Of a DNA stretch of 64,000 bases, positions 19,008 to 28,683 are shown one piece after another. Within the stretch, counting starts at the first letter, position 1. Every line of letters begins with the position of its first letter. Origin of the DNA: an uncultured Clostridia bacterium (GTDB taxonomy: Bacteria; Bacillota; Clostridia; Christensenellales; UBA3700); contig CAMWVR010000002.1 in NCBI GenBank assembly GCA_947177795.1, forward strand, positions 25,764 to 89,763, in the 5' to 3' direction. The notes under the pieces were generated by a model. It made no database searches. It was not told the origin of the DNA and saw only the letters and a list, made by a program, of their open reading frames with translations. The translations under genes were made by a program, and so were the position numbers.

Positions 19008-19718
19008 ATGGGCGCTTACAGCATATTGGCAAAATATTACGATACGCTCATGGGCGACTTTGACTATGACGGATATTTTGAGTTCATAAGGGATAAAGTT
19101 GTCGGCGAGGGAGTGGACTTGGCTTGCGGCTCGGGCGAGATGACGCTCAGGCTTGCAAAATGCGGCAACAAGATGATGGGCGTAGATTTGAGCGGCGAAA
19201 TGCTCAACGCGGCGACTCAAAAGGCTAAGAAATCTGCGCTTGACGTCAAGTGGATCAATCTCGATATGTTGGACTTGGAGCTGAATCATTGCGTGGATTT
19301 TATCACTTGCGTATGCGACGGAGTAAATTACGTTGCGCAAAAGGACTTGCAAAAGTTTTTTGATAGGGTATATAATTGTCTCAAGGTGGGTGGAAAGTTT
19401 GTTTTTGATATTTCTTCGAGCTACAAGCTTGAGGAGATACTCGGCGACAATCTTTTTTGCGAGGATCTCGACGACGTGACTTATATATGGTCCAATGCGT
19501 TGGGCGACGGCTACGTAGATATGGACGTCGACTTTTTTGAAAAGATCGAGGGAGATATATATAAAAGGATAGAAGAGAGCCACAGACAGTATATCCATGA
19601 AGTAAGCTTTGTCAAGACTTGCCTTAAGAAATGGAGCGTTGAGGTTTTTGACGGCGAGACTTACGGCAAGCTTACGGATAAGTCAAAGAGAGTTATTTTT
19701 ACGGCGACTAAGGTTTGA
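19008..19718 (+). CDS. Class I SAM-dependent methyltransferase
   Basis: 236 aa with SAM motif I (GVDLACGSGEMTLRLA) and post-I acidic residue (MGVDLS). Confidence 0.8.
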   Translation: MGAYSILAKYYDTLMGDFDYDGYFEFIRDKVVGEGVDLACGSGEMTLRLAKCGNKMMGVDLSGEMLNAATQKAKKSALDVKWINLDMLDLELNHCVDFITCVCDGVNYVAQKDLQKFFDRVYNCLKVGGKFVFDISSSYKLEEILGDNLFCEDLDDVTYIWSNALGDGYVDMDVDFFEKIEGDIYKRIEESHRQYIHEVSFVKTCLKKWSVEVFDGETYGKLTDKSKRVIFTATKV

Positions 19719-19880
19719 CCTCGACGGGTCGTAATTGCGGTCACGGTTTACATAAGAAGAAATTTATTTAATATTGACATTTTTAAAAATTAGGTATAAT
19801 GTATTATTTAACAAATAAATAATTGCATTATTACTAAAGACGCTCAATTGGGGAAAGACAAAAGAATTATAGAGGGACTT

Positions 19881-20726
19881 ATGATAAAAAGAGCAATTTT
19901 ATTTGGCGGAAAAGCCATTGTGAGCATTTTGGACACGACTTCCACGGTCAGGGAAGCTGTGAAGATACACGGATTTTCTGCGCCTGTCGCTATGGCTATG
20001 GGTAAGGCGCTGACGATGGCGGCGTTCATGAGCGCAGGCTTTAAGGGAGTGGGCAACAAATTGACGCTCATCATCGACGGCGACGGCGAGGGCGGCAAAA
20101 TGGTGCTGTGCGGAGACTTCGGCGCAAAGGTCAGAGGATATATCCAAAATCCCAAGGCGTGCGAGGGACGGCAGGCAAGCGTATCCGACGTCGTGGGCAA
20201 AAACGGATCGCTCAGCGTGATAAAAGACTTTGGACTTAAAGAGCCTTACAATGGGCTTTCACAACTCGTCAACGGCAATATCGACGAAGATTTTGCTTAT
20301 TATTTTACGTTGTCCGAACAACTTCCGTCGGCAGTCGCATTGGGAGTGAAAATGCAAGATAATCATTGCGTCAAAGCGGGCGGAATAGTCGTTCAGCCTA
20401 TGCCCAACTGTTCGGAAGAAGAGATTTTCGTATTGCAAGACATCGTTTCCAATTTTACCGACGTCGCGTCGCTTTTGTGCGAGAAAAGCGCCGAAGAGAT
20501 TATGGATTTTTATTTCTCTCATTTTGAGATATCGCATCTGCCCGATATTTACGAAGAGTACAAATGCAGCTGTTCTAAGCATAGAATAGAAGAGATGTTA
20601 TTGACGCTTGGCAAAAAAGAAGCGCTCGAAATAGTCGAGACGCAGGGGCAAATACAAGTGGGTTGCGAGTTTTGCAACAGTACGTACGTTTTTACCAAGG
20701 AAGACGTGCAAAGGATGTTCAAATGA
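19881..20726 (+). CDS. hslO: Redox-regulated chaperone Hsp33
   Basis: The ATG at 19881 follows AGAGGGA. The C-terminal zinc centre is CSCS...CEFCNSTYVF (CXC...CXXC) and the body is Hsp33-like. Confidence 0.88.
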   Translation: MIKRAILFGGKAIVSILDTTSTVREAVKIHGFSAPVAMAMGKALTMAAFMSAGFKGVGNKLTLIIDGDGEGGKMVLCGDFGAKVRGYIQNPKACEGRQASVSDVVGKNGSLSVIKDFGLKEPYNGLSQLVNGNIDEDFAYYFTLSEQLPSAVALGVKMQDNHCVKAGGIVVQPMPNCSEEEIFVLQDIVSNFTDVASLLCEKSAEEIMDFYFSHFEISHLPDIYEEYKCSCSKHRIEEMLLTLGKKEALEIVETQGQIQVGCEFCNSTYVFTKEDVQRMFK

Positions 20727-22537
20727 TAAAATTTCCTACTACTATAAGCGAATATACGGACGGCAAATTGTGGCGAGAGGGCGTAGACGAGAGTATCGCA
20801 AGGCGTATACTCGTCGATTTGCACAAGATCGAAGACAAGCAAGAGATCGATCTTCGCAAAATGTATTTGGCGCACTTTTACTGCGAGATTGGCGATTACC
20901 GACTTGCGACGACTCTTGCAAAAGGCTTTTTGCTGGAGAATAAGTTTGTCGACGACTCAGTGGCGTTGATAAAGAGAATATGTATCGAAGACAGAGATAT
21001 AGAGACTTTTGCCCGCCTAGTCAAATTAATGGATAATTTATATCACGGCAAACCGCCGATCAGCTTTTTCGACGACGTAGACGGCGACGAATTGCTTATG
21101 GCTTTTGAAGAGAATAAAGACACTGGCAAAGGCAAGGTCGTCTATAATGCAGGCACGGCGGAGTATTATCAGAACGGCAAGTTGGTGTTTTCCGTCGAGG
21201 ATAAGAATTACGAGGCGTTTGTCAAGGACTCTGCTGCAAGATTTTTCTTGTCGGAAAATCAGCCCGAAAGCGCGTTGGAACTTCTTTTGACTTTGAATCT
21301 TTCAAAGCTCAAGAATGATATCAGAATGTTCTGTCATCAGACGTTCGTGCGAGCTTACTGCATGCTTGAGCAATACAAAGAAGCCTATGACTACAGCGTA
21401 TTGTTGATGAACAACGGCGTTTATGTTCCCGAAATGACGGATATATTCGTATATCTTTATAGAGAAAACTCTCCGCATTTTGAAGAGATGAGAGAATTTC
21501 TCGTCAATTATAAGCAATACGGAAGCGTTCAACTCGGCGATATGCACTCGCTTGCGAGGGATATAGAAGACGAGGATTTTTGGAATAGGATATATCAAAA
21601 CAATCCTATCGACCCGTCGGATATAAGCGAAGAGACATTCCTTTTCAAGGGCATACTTGCTTTCAATAGGGGAGAATATCAATTGGCGGAGAGACTTTTC
21701 AGTCAAGCGATGGCGATCTACGGTCGTTTTGGCAAATCAAGTCTGTTCAAATACTACGTCGAGTGTTTTCAAAAGAAGCTCAAGAAGGATTCCGCCGCAA
21801 TAGATATGCCTTGCGAGTTGTATACCGCAAGTATCGACGACGTCTATAGCTTTATTGACAAAAAGCTCTTGTCAAAACTCAAAAAGTGCTTGCGCAAAGA
21901 GGATTTTGTCAAGAACTTTGACGACAATATCTTGGAAATAGACAATATGCTTTCGGGCGTATCGGCAAAAGTCTCCGACTTGGTCGACGTCGTCAACAGG
22001 GTGTACAAAATGGATTACACTCCCGCCTGCGAGCTTATCAAAAAGGTCGTCGTCGACAGTGATTACAACGTCTTCGTCCGCGCGATTTGTCTTGCCAACT
22101 TCATGATGTATAGCCGTCAAAAGAAGTTTATAATAGGCAAAAATATTTACGAAAATCCCTTCCTCAAAAGGCTTAAATTAGACCTTGACGGCGACAAGTC
22201 GACTTTTGCGTACGGCATGGCAATATATATCGCGTTGTCTATTCTCGAGGGGATAGAGAACCAAGAGTTGAAGAACGAATGCGAGGTACTCAACAAGATA
22301 GCGACTATGGCAAAGGGCGATTTTTCTCGAATAACTCCGCTTTCCGTATTCGGCGTGTTGATATCTTATTTCAGCGAAGAGAACGTCCATTATGACAAAG
22401 ATATCGTCAAAAAGCGCGAAGTAAAGGCGTTTGCTCAAGCATACGCAATCGACGGGTATTCTTTTGGCGACGGCATAGAGCAGTTTGACGACGACGATGT
22501 ATTCGACTTCTTCAGATACTGTCTTGCGATATTATGA
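20723..22537 (+). CDS. Hypothetical 604-aa protein, helical/TPR-like, translationally coupled to hslO
   Basis: The ATG overlaps the hslO stop (ATGA at 20723-20726). The ORF is long and uninterrupted, and predicted helical repeats are likely. No family recognised. Confidence 0.65.
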   Translation: MIKFPTTISEYTDGKLWREGVDESIARRILVDLHKIEDKQEIDLRKMYLAHFYCEIGDYRLATTLAKGFLLENKFVDDSVALIKRICIEDRDIETFARLVKLMDNLYHGKPPISFFDDVDGDELLMAFEENKDTGKGKVVYNAGTAEYYQNGKLVFSVEDKNYEAFVKDSAARFFLSENQPESALELLLTLNLSKLKNDIRMFCHQTFVRAYCMLEQYKEAYDYSVLLMNNGVYVPEMTDIFVYLYRENSPHFEEMREFLVNYKQYGSVQLGDMHSLARDIEDEDFWNRIYQNNPIDPSDISEETFLFKGILAFNRGEYQLAERLFSQAMAIYGRFGKSSLFKYYVECFQKKLKKDSAAIDMPCELYTASIDDVYSFIDKKLLSKLKKCLRKEDFVKNFDDNILEIDNMLSGVSAKVSDLVDVVNRVYKMDYTPACELIKKVVVDSDYNVFVRAICLANFMMYSRQKKFIIGKNIYENPFLKRLKLDLDGDKSTFAYGMAIYIALSILEGIENQELKNECEVLNKIATMAKGDFSRITPLSVFGVLISYFSEENVHYDKDIVKKREVKAFAQAYAIDGYSFGDGIEQFDDDDVFDFFRYCLAIL

Positions 22538-22590
22538 GTCACACATTGTTTATTTCGTAAGTTGTCATTTCATTTATTTTATTATTTTTA

Positions 22591-22619
22591 TTGCGAAAGC
22601 ATATCAGTTGTGTTATAAT
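22591..22619 (+). promoter_or_regulatory. Candidate promoter for smc
   Basis: TTGCGA, a 17-nt spacer, then TGTTATAAT (extended -10), about 40 nt upstream of the smc start. Confidence 0.5.
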
Positions 22620-22660
22620 ATATCAGTAAAATTGTTGCCATTTGGCATAAGAGAGGTTTT

Positions 22661-25600
22661 ATGATATTCAAAAGAATGGAGGCATTCGGTTTTAAATCGT
22701 TTGCAGACAAAATCGACGTTCCGCTCAATGAGGGTATTACGGCTATCGTAGGTCCTAACGGGTGCGGTAAATCTAACGTCGTCGACGCAATCAGATGGGT
22801 GCTCGGAGAACAGAGCGCTAAGACTTTGCGCGGTAAGAATATGCAAGACGTCATCTTCAAAGGTACGGCAATTCGTAAAGAACTGTCTTTTTGCGAGGTA
22901 GCATTGACGTTTGACAACACGTCGCGCGTGTTTGACTATGACGTAGACGAGTTGGTGCTGTCGAGAAAGTTATATCGCTCGGGCGACAGCGAGTATTTTA
23001 TCAACGGTACGCAAAGCAGACGTATTGATATTCAGAACGTTATTCGCAATACGGGTCTGGGAAAAGAGGGGTACAGCATTGTCGGACAGGGTAGAATCAA
23101 TGAGATTATCAATGCCAAGCCGGAAAACAGAAGAGCCATTTTTGAGGATGCGGCAGGAGTACTCGGCTTTAAGAAAAACAAGAAAGAGGCGGAAAAGAGA
23201 CTTGCCGAAACTCAAAACAATCTCGATCAAATCAAGATTGCAAAGGATACGCTTGAAGGTCAGCGAAACACTTTGGAACGCCAAAGCAACGACGCGCGCA
23301 ACTATCTCAACATCAGAGACAGACTGAGAGCGTTGGAAGCCAACGAATATATATATCAATTTGAAAATCACGAAACCAACAAGAACAAGATAGACACCAA
23401 GTTGCAAGGCTTTATAGAAGAATATAATCAAAAGAGTAAAGAGAGCGAAGACTTGGGTTCTGAATACAACAAAAGGCAGATAGAGTTGCACAACGTCGAC
23501 GTGAGAATTGACAAGTTGAGGGACAAGCGTACCGAAATCGCAGTCAAGACGGAGTCGGTCAAAGGTCAAGGTATGAACTTGCAAGAGAGAATCAACAGTC
23601 TCAATACGCAAAAGCAAGACTGTCTCCAAAGACTCACTCAAAGCGAGAGATCTCTTGAAGAAAAGAACTCGGAGCTCAAGACGGCGCAGGAACATTGCAA
23701 CATGGCAATGGAAGACAAGCGCGAAGCCGACAAAGATTTTGCAAGTTGCAACAACGAGTACGTCAGCATCGTCAGCGATATCGTCGACAGAGACCAAAAG
23801 ATCAAAGACGCCAATCAAGAACTTATCAACGCCGTTACGCAAGAGGGCGAGACCAAGGTCGATATCGGAAAGTTGACTACGCAAAAGGAGTTTATTCTCA
23901 ACCGTATTGCAGAACTCAATGCGGAGATAGCAGATTACGACAAGCAGATTGCCGAGCTTGAGACGCTGAAGAGAGAGCATGAAAAAGTGCTTTTGAGCAA
24001 AAAGAACGATCTCAACAGACTTGGCATAAGCCGCAACGAAGTCTTGAGCGAGATAAGAGGGCTCAAAGAAGAGTTGGACGTCGCAAGAAGCCGTTTGGGA
24101 GAAGTCAACGTCAGCATATCGGCGTGCAAACAGCAGATCGAGACGTACAAGAACTTCAAGAAAGAATACGGCGCATTCGGCAACGCAGTCAAGCTTTTGA
24201 TGGGCGACAGAGAGCATAACGAGCAACTTCAAGAGAGAATCGAGGGCGTTGTCGTAGACCTTGTCAAAGTGCCCAAAGAATACGAGACGGCAATCGAAGT
24301 GGCTATAGGCGGCGGACTTCAAAATATCGTCGTCGAAAACGAAGAGGACGCTAAATACATAATCAATTATATCAGAGAAAGACAGTACGGCAGATTGACT
24401 TTCTTGCCGCTCACAAGCGTCAAAAGAAGAGATTTGCCGAGAGAACTGTCGGGTATTTTGAGGGAAAGAGGCTGTATCGGACTTGCCGATCAATTGGTGG
24501 GCTATGACAAGAGATACAGCAACGTATTCTCCAACTTGCTCGGCGGAACGATTATCGTAGATACTTTGGACAACGCTACTGCAATTGCGCGAAAGTATAG
24601 ATATTCGGTAAAAATCGTCACTTTGCAAGGCGACTTGCTCAGCACGGGCGGTTCGATTACGGGCGGTTCGAGAAGAGGTAATACGACGAAGGCGTTGTCA
24701 TACGAGCGTATTATCGAAGAAAACGAGAAATTGTTGCAAAAACTCCTTGACGAGAGAATTAAGCTTGAGAAAAAACTTTCTTCGGCTGACGACGATCTTG
24801 CAGATTATGAAGAACAGCTTGAAGGCTACACCGAGGATATCAAAAATGCTCAGGTTTTGGTAGCGACCGAAAACGGAAAACTCGATAAAGTCGAGACTAA
24901 TATCCAAACGATATTGGCGGCTTTGAATGAGAGAATGACTTCTAAGAGAGAATTTGAAGACAGACTGACGAGCATTGACAACGCTTTGCAAATTCTCGGA
25001 GCAAAAGGCAAAGATTTCAGCGAAGTCAAACTCAGTGTCGACTCGCTTGCTTCAAAGACGAGAGAAGAATACGAGATTAAGAATCGTCTCAAGGACGAGC
25101 TTGGCGAAAAACTTGCGCAATTGAGAGTGCGTTGCGGAACCTTGCAGACGACGATTGACAACGATCAAGAGAATATCGCAAGACTTAAAAATGAGATTGA
25201 GGCGCTCTCCGAAGAGCGAATCGCTCAACGCGAAAATCTTGCCAATTTGCAAGATATCATCGTCAATTTGACGAATGACAAGAGCGTAGAGCTTCCCGAG
25301 AAATATCAAAAACAACTTGACGAAATAAGCGCTCAAATCGAAGAGGCTGACGCATATAAGGTCAAACTCAACGAGTTGATTAACGAACTTATACTCAAAA
25401 AGGACGACGCCAACAGAGCGCTTATGTCAATCAACGAAAGCAAGATCAAGTGCGAAAACGACCTGTCGAGGATCGAAGAAGCCATGCTTGCAATGCAAAA
25501 CAAGATGAAAGAAGAATACAATCTTGATTACGAATCTGCTTTGCCGTTGCGCTTTGAGGAATTTGATATCAATACTTGCAGACAGGAAATTCGTCAACTT

Positions 25601-26251
25601 ACCAAGGCTAAAAAAGAATTGGGCAGCGTCAACCTTGAGTCTATCGAAGACTTTAAGTCGGTCGACGAGACTTATCAAACGTACGTGTCTCAAATCACAG
25701 ACCTTGAGAATACTTATAATGATTTGACAAAGATTATTGCTCAGCTGTCAAAGCAAATTCTCGACCAATTCAATTCCGAATTTGCAAAGATAAGCAAGAA
25801 CTTCGAGATCATATTTAAAGAACTCTTTGGCGGCGGCAACGGCAAACTTGTCATATTACCGCCCGAAGAGGGACAGTCAGAACTCGACGCAGGTATTGAA
25901 ATAATGGCAGAGCCGCCGGGTAAGAAATTGCAGTCTATCACGCTTTTGAGCGGTGGAGAGACAGCTCTTACGGCAATGGCGATTCTCTTTGCGATATTGA
26001 GACTCAAGGCAATGCCATTCTGCGTACTCGACGAAATTGAGGCTGCGCTTGACGACGCAAACGTAGGCGTGTTTGCTCAATATCTCAAGAGATTCAGCGA
26101 CGAGACGCAATTTATCGTCATCACTCACCGTAAGCCTACTATGGAACTTGCGGACAGACTTTACGGTGTTACGATGCAAGAAAAAGGCGTGTCTAAGGTC
26201 GTTGCGGTTAATCTTGCGGATGCAGTTAAGCAAGCGGAACCCAATGCTTAA
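22661..26251 (+). CDS. smc: Chromosome segregation protein SMC
   Basis: 1196 aa with Walker A (GPNGCGKSN), long coiled coils, a hinge, the signature LSGGE, and Walker B (FCVLDEIEAALD). Confidence 0.95.
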   Translation: MIFKRMEAFGFKSFADKIDVPLNEGITAIVGPNGCGKSNVVDAIRWVLGEQSAKTLRGKNMQDVIFKGTAIRKELSFCEVALTFDNTSRVFDYDVDELVLSRKLYRSGDSEYFINGTQSRRIDIQNVIRNTGLGKEGYSIVGQGRINEIINAKPENRRAIFEDAAGVLGFKKNKKEAEKRLAETQNNLDQIKIAKDTLEGQRNTLERQSNDARNYLNIRDRLRALEANEYIYQFENHETNKNKIDTKLQGFIEEYNQKSKESEDLGSEYNKRQIELHNVDVRIDKLRDKRTEIAVKTESVKGQGMNLQERINSLNTQKQDCLQRLTQSERSLEEKNSELKTAQEHCNMAMEDKREADKDFASCNNEYVSIVSDIVDRDQKIKDANQELINAVTQEGETKVDIGKLTTQKEFILNRIAELNAEIADYDKQIAELETLKREHEKVLLSKKNDLNRLGISRNEVLSEIRGLKEELDVARSRLGEVNVSISACKQQIETYKNFKKEYGAFGNAVKLLMGDREHNEQLQERIEGVVVDLVKVPKEYETAIEVAIGGGLQNIVVENEEDAKYIINYIRERQYGRLTFLPLTSVKRRDLPRELSGILRERGCIGLADQLVGYDKRYSNVFSNLLGGTIIVDTLDNATAIARKYRYSVKIVTLQGDLLSTGGSITGGSRRGNTTKALSYERIIEENEKLLQKLLDERIKLEKKLSSADDDLADYEEQLEGYTEDIKNAQVLVATENGKLDKVETNIQTILAALNERMTSKREFEDRLTSIDNALQILGAKGKDFSEVKLSVDSLASKTREEYEIKNRLKDELGEKLAQLRVRCGTLQTTIDNDQENIARLKNEIEALSEERIAQRENLANLQDIIVNLTNDKSVELPEKYQKQLDEISAQIEEADAYKVKLNELINELILKKDDANRALMSINESKIKCENDLSRIEEAMLAMQNKMKEEYNLDYESALPLRFEEFDINTCRQEIRQLTKAKKELGSVNLESIEDFKSVDETYQTYVSQITDLENTYNDLTKIIAQLSKQILDQFNSEFAKISKNFEIIFKELFGGGNGKLVILPPEEGQSELDAGIEIMAEPPGKKLQSITLLSGGETALTAMAILFAILRLKAMPFCVLDEIEAALDDANVGVFAQYLKRFSDETQFIVITHRKPTMELADRLYGVTMQEKGVSKVVAVNLADAVKQAEPNA

Positions 26252-26280
26252 GAATGGAAGATTTATTCATAGTAAGTAAC

Positions 26281-26408
26281 CGAGCGCGTATATCAGCCGT
26301 CTTTTGGTCCTAACGTCGGGACTCAAGAAGTCGACGTGTACGGCAAGTACACTTGACGACTTCGTTTCGCCCTAGCACGGACAAAAATACGACTAATCTC
26401 CACGCTCG
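26281..26408 (+). repeat. Type-2 long-hairpin element (128 nt) with terminal inverted repeats CGAGCG(C/T)G
   Basis: The left and right halves are largely complementary around the apical hairpin GTGTAC-GGCAA-GTACAC. It shares blocks with 51872-51996 and 61774-61933: CGAGCGCGTATA, TCTTTTGG, CGTTTCGCC and CACGGACAAAAATA. Confidence 0.85.
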
Positions 26409-26426
26409 CATGTGGCTTATAATTTT

Positions 26427-26518
26427 GTCATTGACGCTCGCACGAGACAATCTAGCTTTATGTATTATGACAAATATTAGTGTCATTTCGACTGAAGCGT
26501 AGCGGAATGGAGAAATCT
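26427..26518 (+). repeat. Type-1 repeat units (1 variant plus 1 canonical)
   Basis: 26427-26454 is GTCATTGACGCTCGCACGAGACAATCTA, with ATTG/CAAT boxes around module-3 sequence. 26482-26518 is canonical, with TTTC/GAAA boxes and a 16-nt loop. Confidence 0.85.
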
Positions 26519-26567
26519 CAACAGAATAATAATATTACCGTCGCAAAGCGACAAAGGAGCGTGTCCC

Positions 26568-27461
26568 ATGGGATTTTTTGATAAACTTATCAAGGGTTTA
26601 AAGCGTACGAAAGAGGCTTTTTCCAAAAAAATATATCAGCTTTTTTCAGGAAGAGAGCTCAACGACGAATTTTATGAAGAGTTGGAAAACACTCTCATAT
26701 CATCTGATTTGGGCGTAGAGGCCACGGAGCAAATAATCGAAGAGTTTAAAGACGCATGCTTTAAGAAAAAAATCAAGAAGACGGACGACGCAAAAGATTT
26801 GCTCAAAAGCATAATGGTTGACGCTATCAACTACGACATAGAAGAATATTCTTATCCGCTCGTAATTTTGGTCGCAGGAGTCAACGGCGTAGGTAAGACC
26901 ACTGCGCTTGGCAAACTCGCCAAGTATTTCCGCAATCAAGGCAAGAGCGTAGTACTTGCCGCCGCAGATACATTCAGAGCCGCCGCGGGCGAACAGCTCG
27001 AAGTGTGGGCGGAAAGAGCCAAGGTGCGTATAATCAAGCACGACGAAGGCAGCGACCCGGGCGCGGTCGTATTCGACGCAATCAAGTCGGCAAAGGCAAA
27101 GGGTACCGACGTGGTTTTGATAGATACCGCAGGCAGACTTCAAAATAAGAAAAATCTCATGAACGAACTCGGCAAGATTAACAAAGTCGTCGAGAGAGAA
27201 TATCCCGAGGCTGACTATCGCACTTATATAGTCATAGACGCCACTACGGGACAAAACGCTTTGTCGCAAGTTGAGGCTTTTGACGAAATCATAGATATGG
27301 ACGGCATTATCCTCAACAAGCTCGACGGCACGGCAAAAGGCGGAGTCGTCTTTGCAATATCCGTAGAGAAAGAATTGCCCGTATGCTTTATCGGTGTGGG
27401 CGAGGGTATTGACGATTTGCTAGAATTTGACGCTAAGTTCTTTATAGACGAATTGTTCTGA
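26568..27461 (+). CDS. ftsY: Signal recognition particle receptor FtsY
   Basis: 297 aa with an NG domain: GVNGVGKTT, DTAGR, and the NKLDGTAKGG motif. Confidence 0.95.
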   Translation: MGFFDKLIKGLKRTKEAFSKKIYQLFSGRELNDEFYEELENTLISSDLGVEATEQIIEEFKDACFKKKIKKTDDAKDLLKSIMVDAINYDIEEYSYPLVILVAGVNGVGKTTALGKLAKYFRNQGKSVVLAAADTFRAAAGEQLEVWAERAKVRIIKHDEGSDPGAVVFDAIKSAKAKGTDVVLIDTAGRLQNKKNLMNELGKINKVVEREYPEADYRTYIVIDATTGQNALSQVEAFDEIIDMDGIILNKLDGTAKGGVVFAISVEKELPVCFIGVGEGIDDLLEFDAKFFIDELF

Positions 27462-27472
27462 TTAAAAAGGTA

Positions 27473-27545
27473 GAGACCTTTCGACTACGCTCAAGATGAC
27501 GTTTAGATGTCATTTCGACCGTAGCGTAGTGCAGTGGAGAAATCT
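27473..27545. repeat. Type-1 repeat pair
   Basis: 27473-27500 is minus orientation, with boxes TCTT/AAGG (one G.T-type pair) and loop CGTAGT. 27509-27545 is plus orientation, TTTC/GAAA, with a 16-nt loop. Confidence 0.85.
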
Positions 27546-27574
27546 CAACCGATTAAATAGATGTCTATGCAATA

Positions 27575-27613
27575 AAAAGATTATAATTGAACATTGTTCA
27601 ATTATAATCTTTT
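27575..27613 (+). terminator. 39-nt near-perfect AT-rich palindrome, possible terminator or boundary hairpin
   Basis: AAAAGATTATAATTGAACA-T-TGTTCAATTATAATCTTTT. The core ATAATTGAAC...GTTCAATTAT is shared with 28645-28673. Confidence 0.45.
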
Positions 27614-27637
27614 AAATCTAATGATAAGGGAAATTTT

Positions 27638-28618
27638 ATGAAAAGCAAAACAAAGTACTTATTGAATCAAGAGCAGATAACTGGTATCTTCAACAAAGCG
27701 CACTTGGGGCAAGTGGAAAATTATTATGCTCTTGGCGCAGGCGAATTTAACTCTGTGTATTGTATAAAAATTCAAGGCTCGGAGTTGGAATACGTACTAA
27801 AAATCGCTCCCCGTGACGGTCAAGACGTATTGACGTATGAAAAAGATATGCTTGACGTCGAACTCAAGTGGTATGACGAAATTGCTAAAAATACTGATAT
27901 CAAGGTACCTAAGATATACTTTAGCGACTTTTCAAGACAAGTAATTGATGCTCCGTACTTTATTATGGAGAAATTGAACGGTGTTCAATTGGATAAAATC
28001 GGCATAGATTCGACTGACAAGCTTGCGCAAATGGCGTCTCAGATACATAAGATCAAAAATGATAAGCACGGTTATGAGCAAAATTCGTTATACGATAATT
28101 GGTATCTTGCAATAAGGTCTATGACGGAGAATTTGGTAAAAGATGCTGCGTTAAAAGGTCGTAAGAGCAAGCGTGGACAGAGACTGTTAGAATATATAGA
28201 CAAATTTAAATGCGTACTTGAAGAAGCGCCTTGTTGTATGGTCAATTTTGACTTATGGACGCCCAACGTGATATGCGATAAGGATACAAATGGCGAATAT
28301 ACCTATGCTTGGATAGACCCCGAACGCACTTTTTGGGGAGATTACGTCGCAGATTTCGTGGCTTTGGAGTTTGGTAGATATATAGAGGACAAGAAGATTG
28401 CAATAGACGCTTATAATGCAGTTGCGCAGACTCCGTTAGTCATTACCGATAAAATTAAAGTCAGATATTACGTAATGGAAGCCTACGTAGCTTTGATACA
28501 GGAAGTAGAGAAGTATTATAGATATTCTTTATTTAATTACGGTTGGTATCGCAACGTATTTTCTTCGAAATTTTTATATAATCGCGCTTTCAAGTTCTTG
28601 CAAAGCGTTCAATTCTAA
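27638..28618 (+). CDS. Phosphotransferase-family kinase (APH/choline-kinase-like fold)
   Basis: 326 aa with a Brenner-like catalytic block (VNFDLWTPNV) and the downstream WIDPERTFWGDYVADF motif. The usual His of HxDxxxxN is replaced by Phe. Confidence 0.65.
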   Translation: MKSKTKYLLNQEQITGIFNKAHLGQVENYYALGAGEFNSVYCIKIQGSELEYVLKIAPRDGQDVLTYEKDMLDVELKWYDEIAKNTDIKVPKIYFSDFSRQVIDAPYFIMEKLNGVQLDKIGIDSTDKLAQMASQIHKIKNDKHGYEQNSLYDNWYLAIRSMTENLVKDAALKGRKSKRGQRLLEYIDKFKCVLEEAPCCMVNFDLWTPNVICDKDTNGEYTYAWIDPERTFWGDYVADFVALEFGRYIEDKKIAIDAYNAVAQTPLVITDKIKVRYYVMEAYVALIQEVEKYYRYSLFNYGWYRNVFSSKFLYNRAFKFLQSVQF

Positions 28619-28644
28619 TTAAATTACAAAATGATTGACCTATT

Positions 28645-28673
28645 TGCATAATTGAACCTTGTTCAATTATGCA
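28645..28673. terminator. Hairpin between the convergent kinase and XRE genes (possible bidirectional terminator)
   Basis: TGCATAATTGAAC-CTT-GTTCAATTATGCA, a 13-bp stem with no clear U-run. Confidence 0.4.
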
Positions 28674-28683
28674 ATTATTAATT

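Noticed and set aside
18048-19598. 516-aa ORF antisense to the YesL-like gene and the methyltransferase gene
   Set aside because: It spans two plus-strand genes and their spacer, has no recognisable motifs, and shows shadow-frame composition.
22970-24628. 552-aa ORF on the minus strand inside smc
   Set aside because: It is entirely antisense to a confidently identified SMC gene. The translation is low-complexity (L/F/V/S-rich) with no start context, which is typical of a shadow ORF from codon bias.
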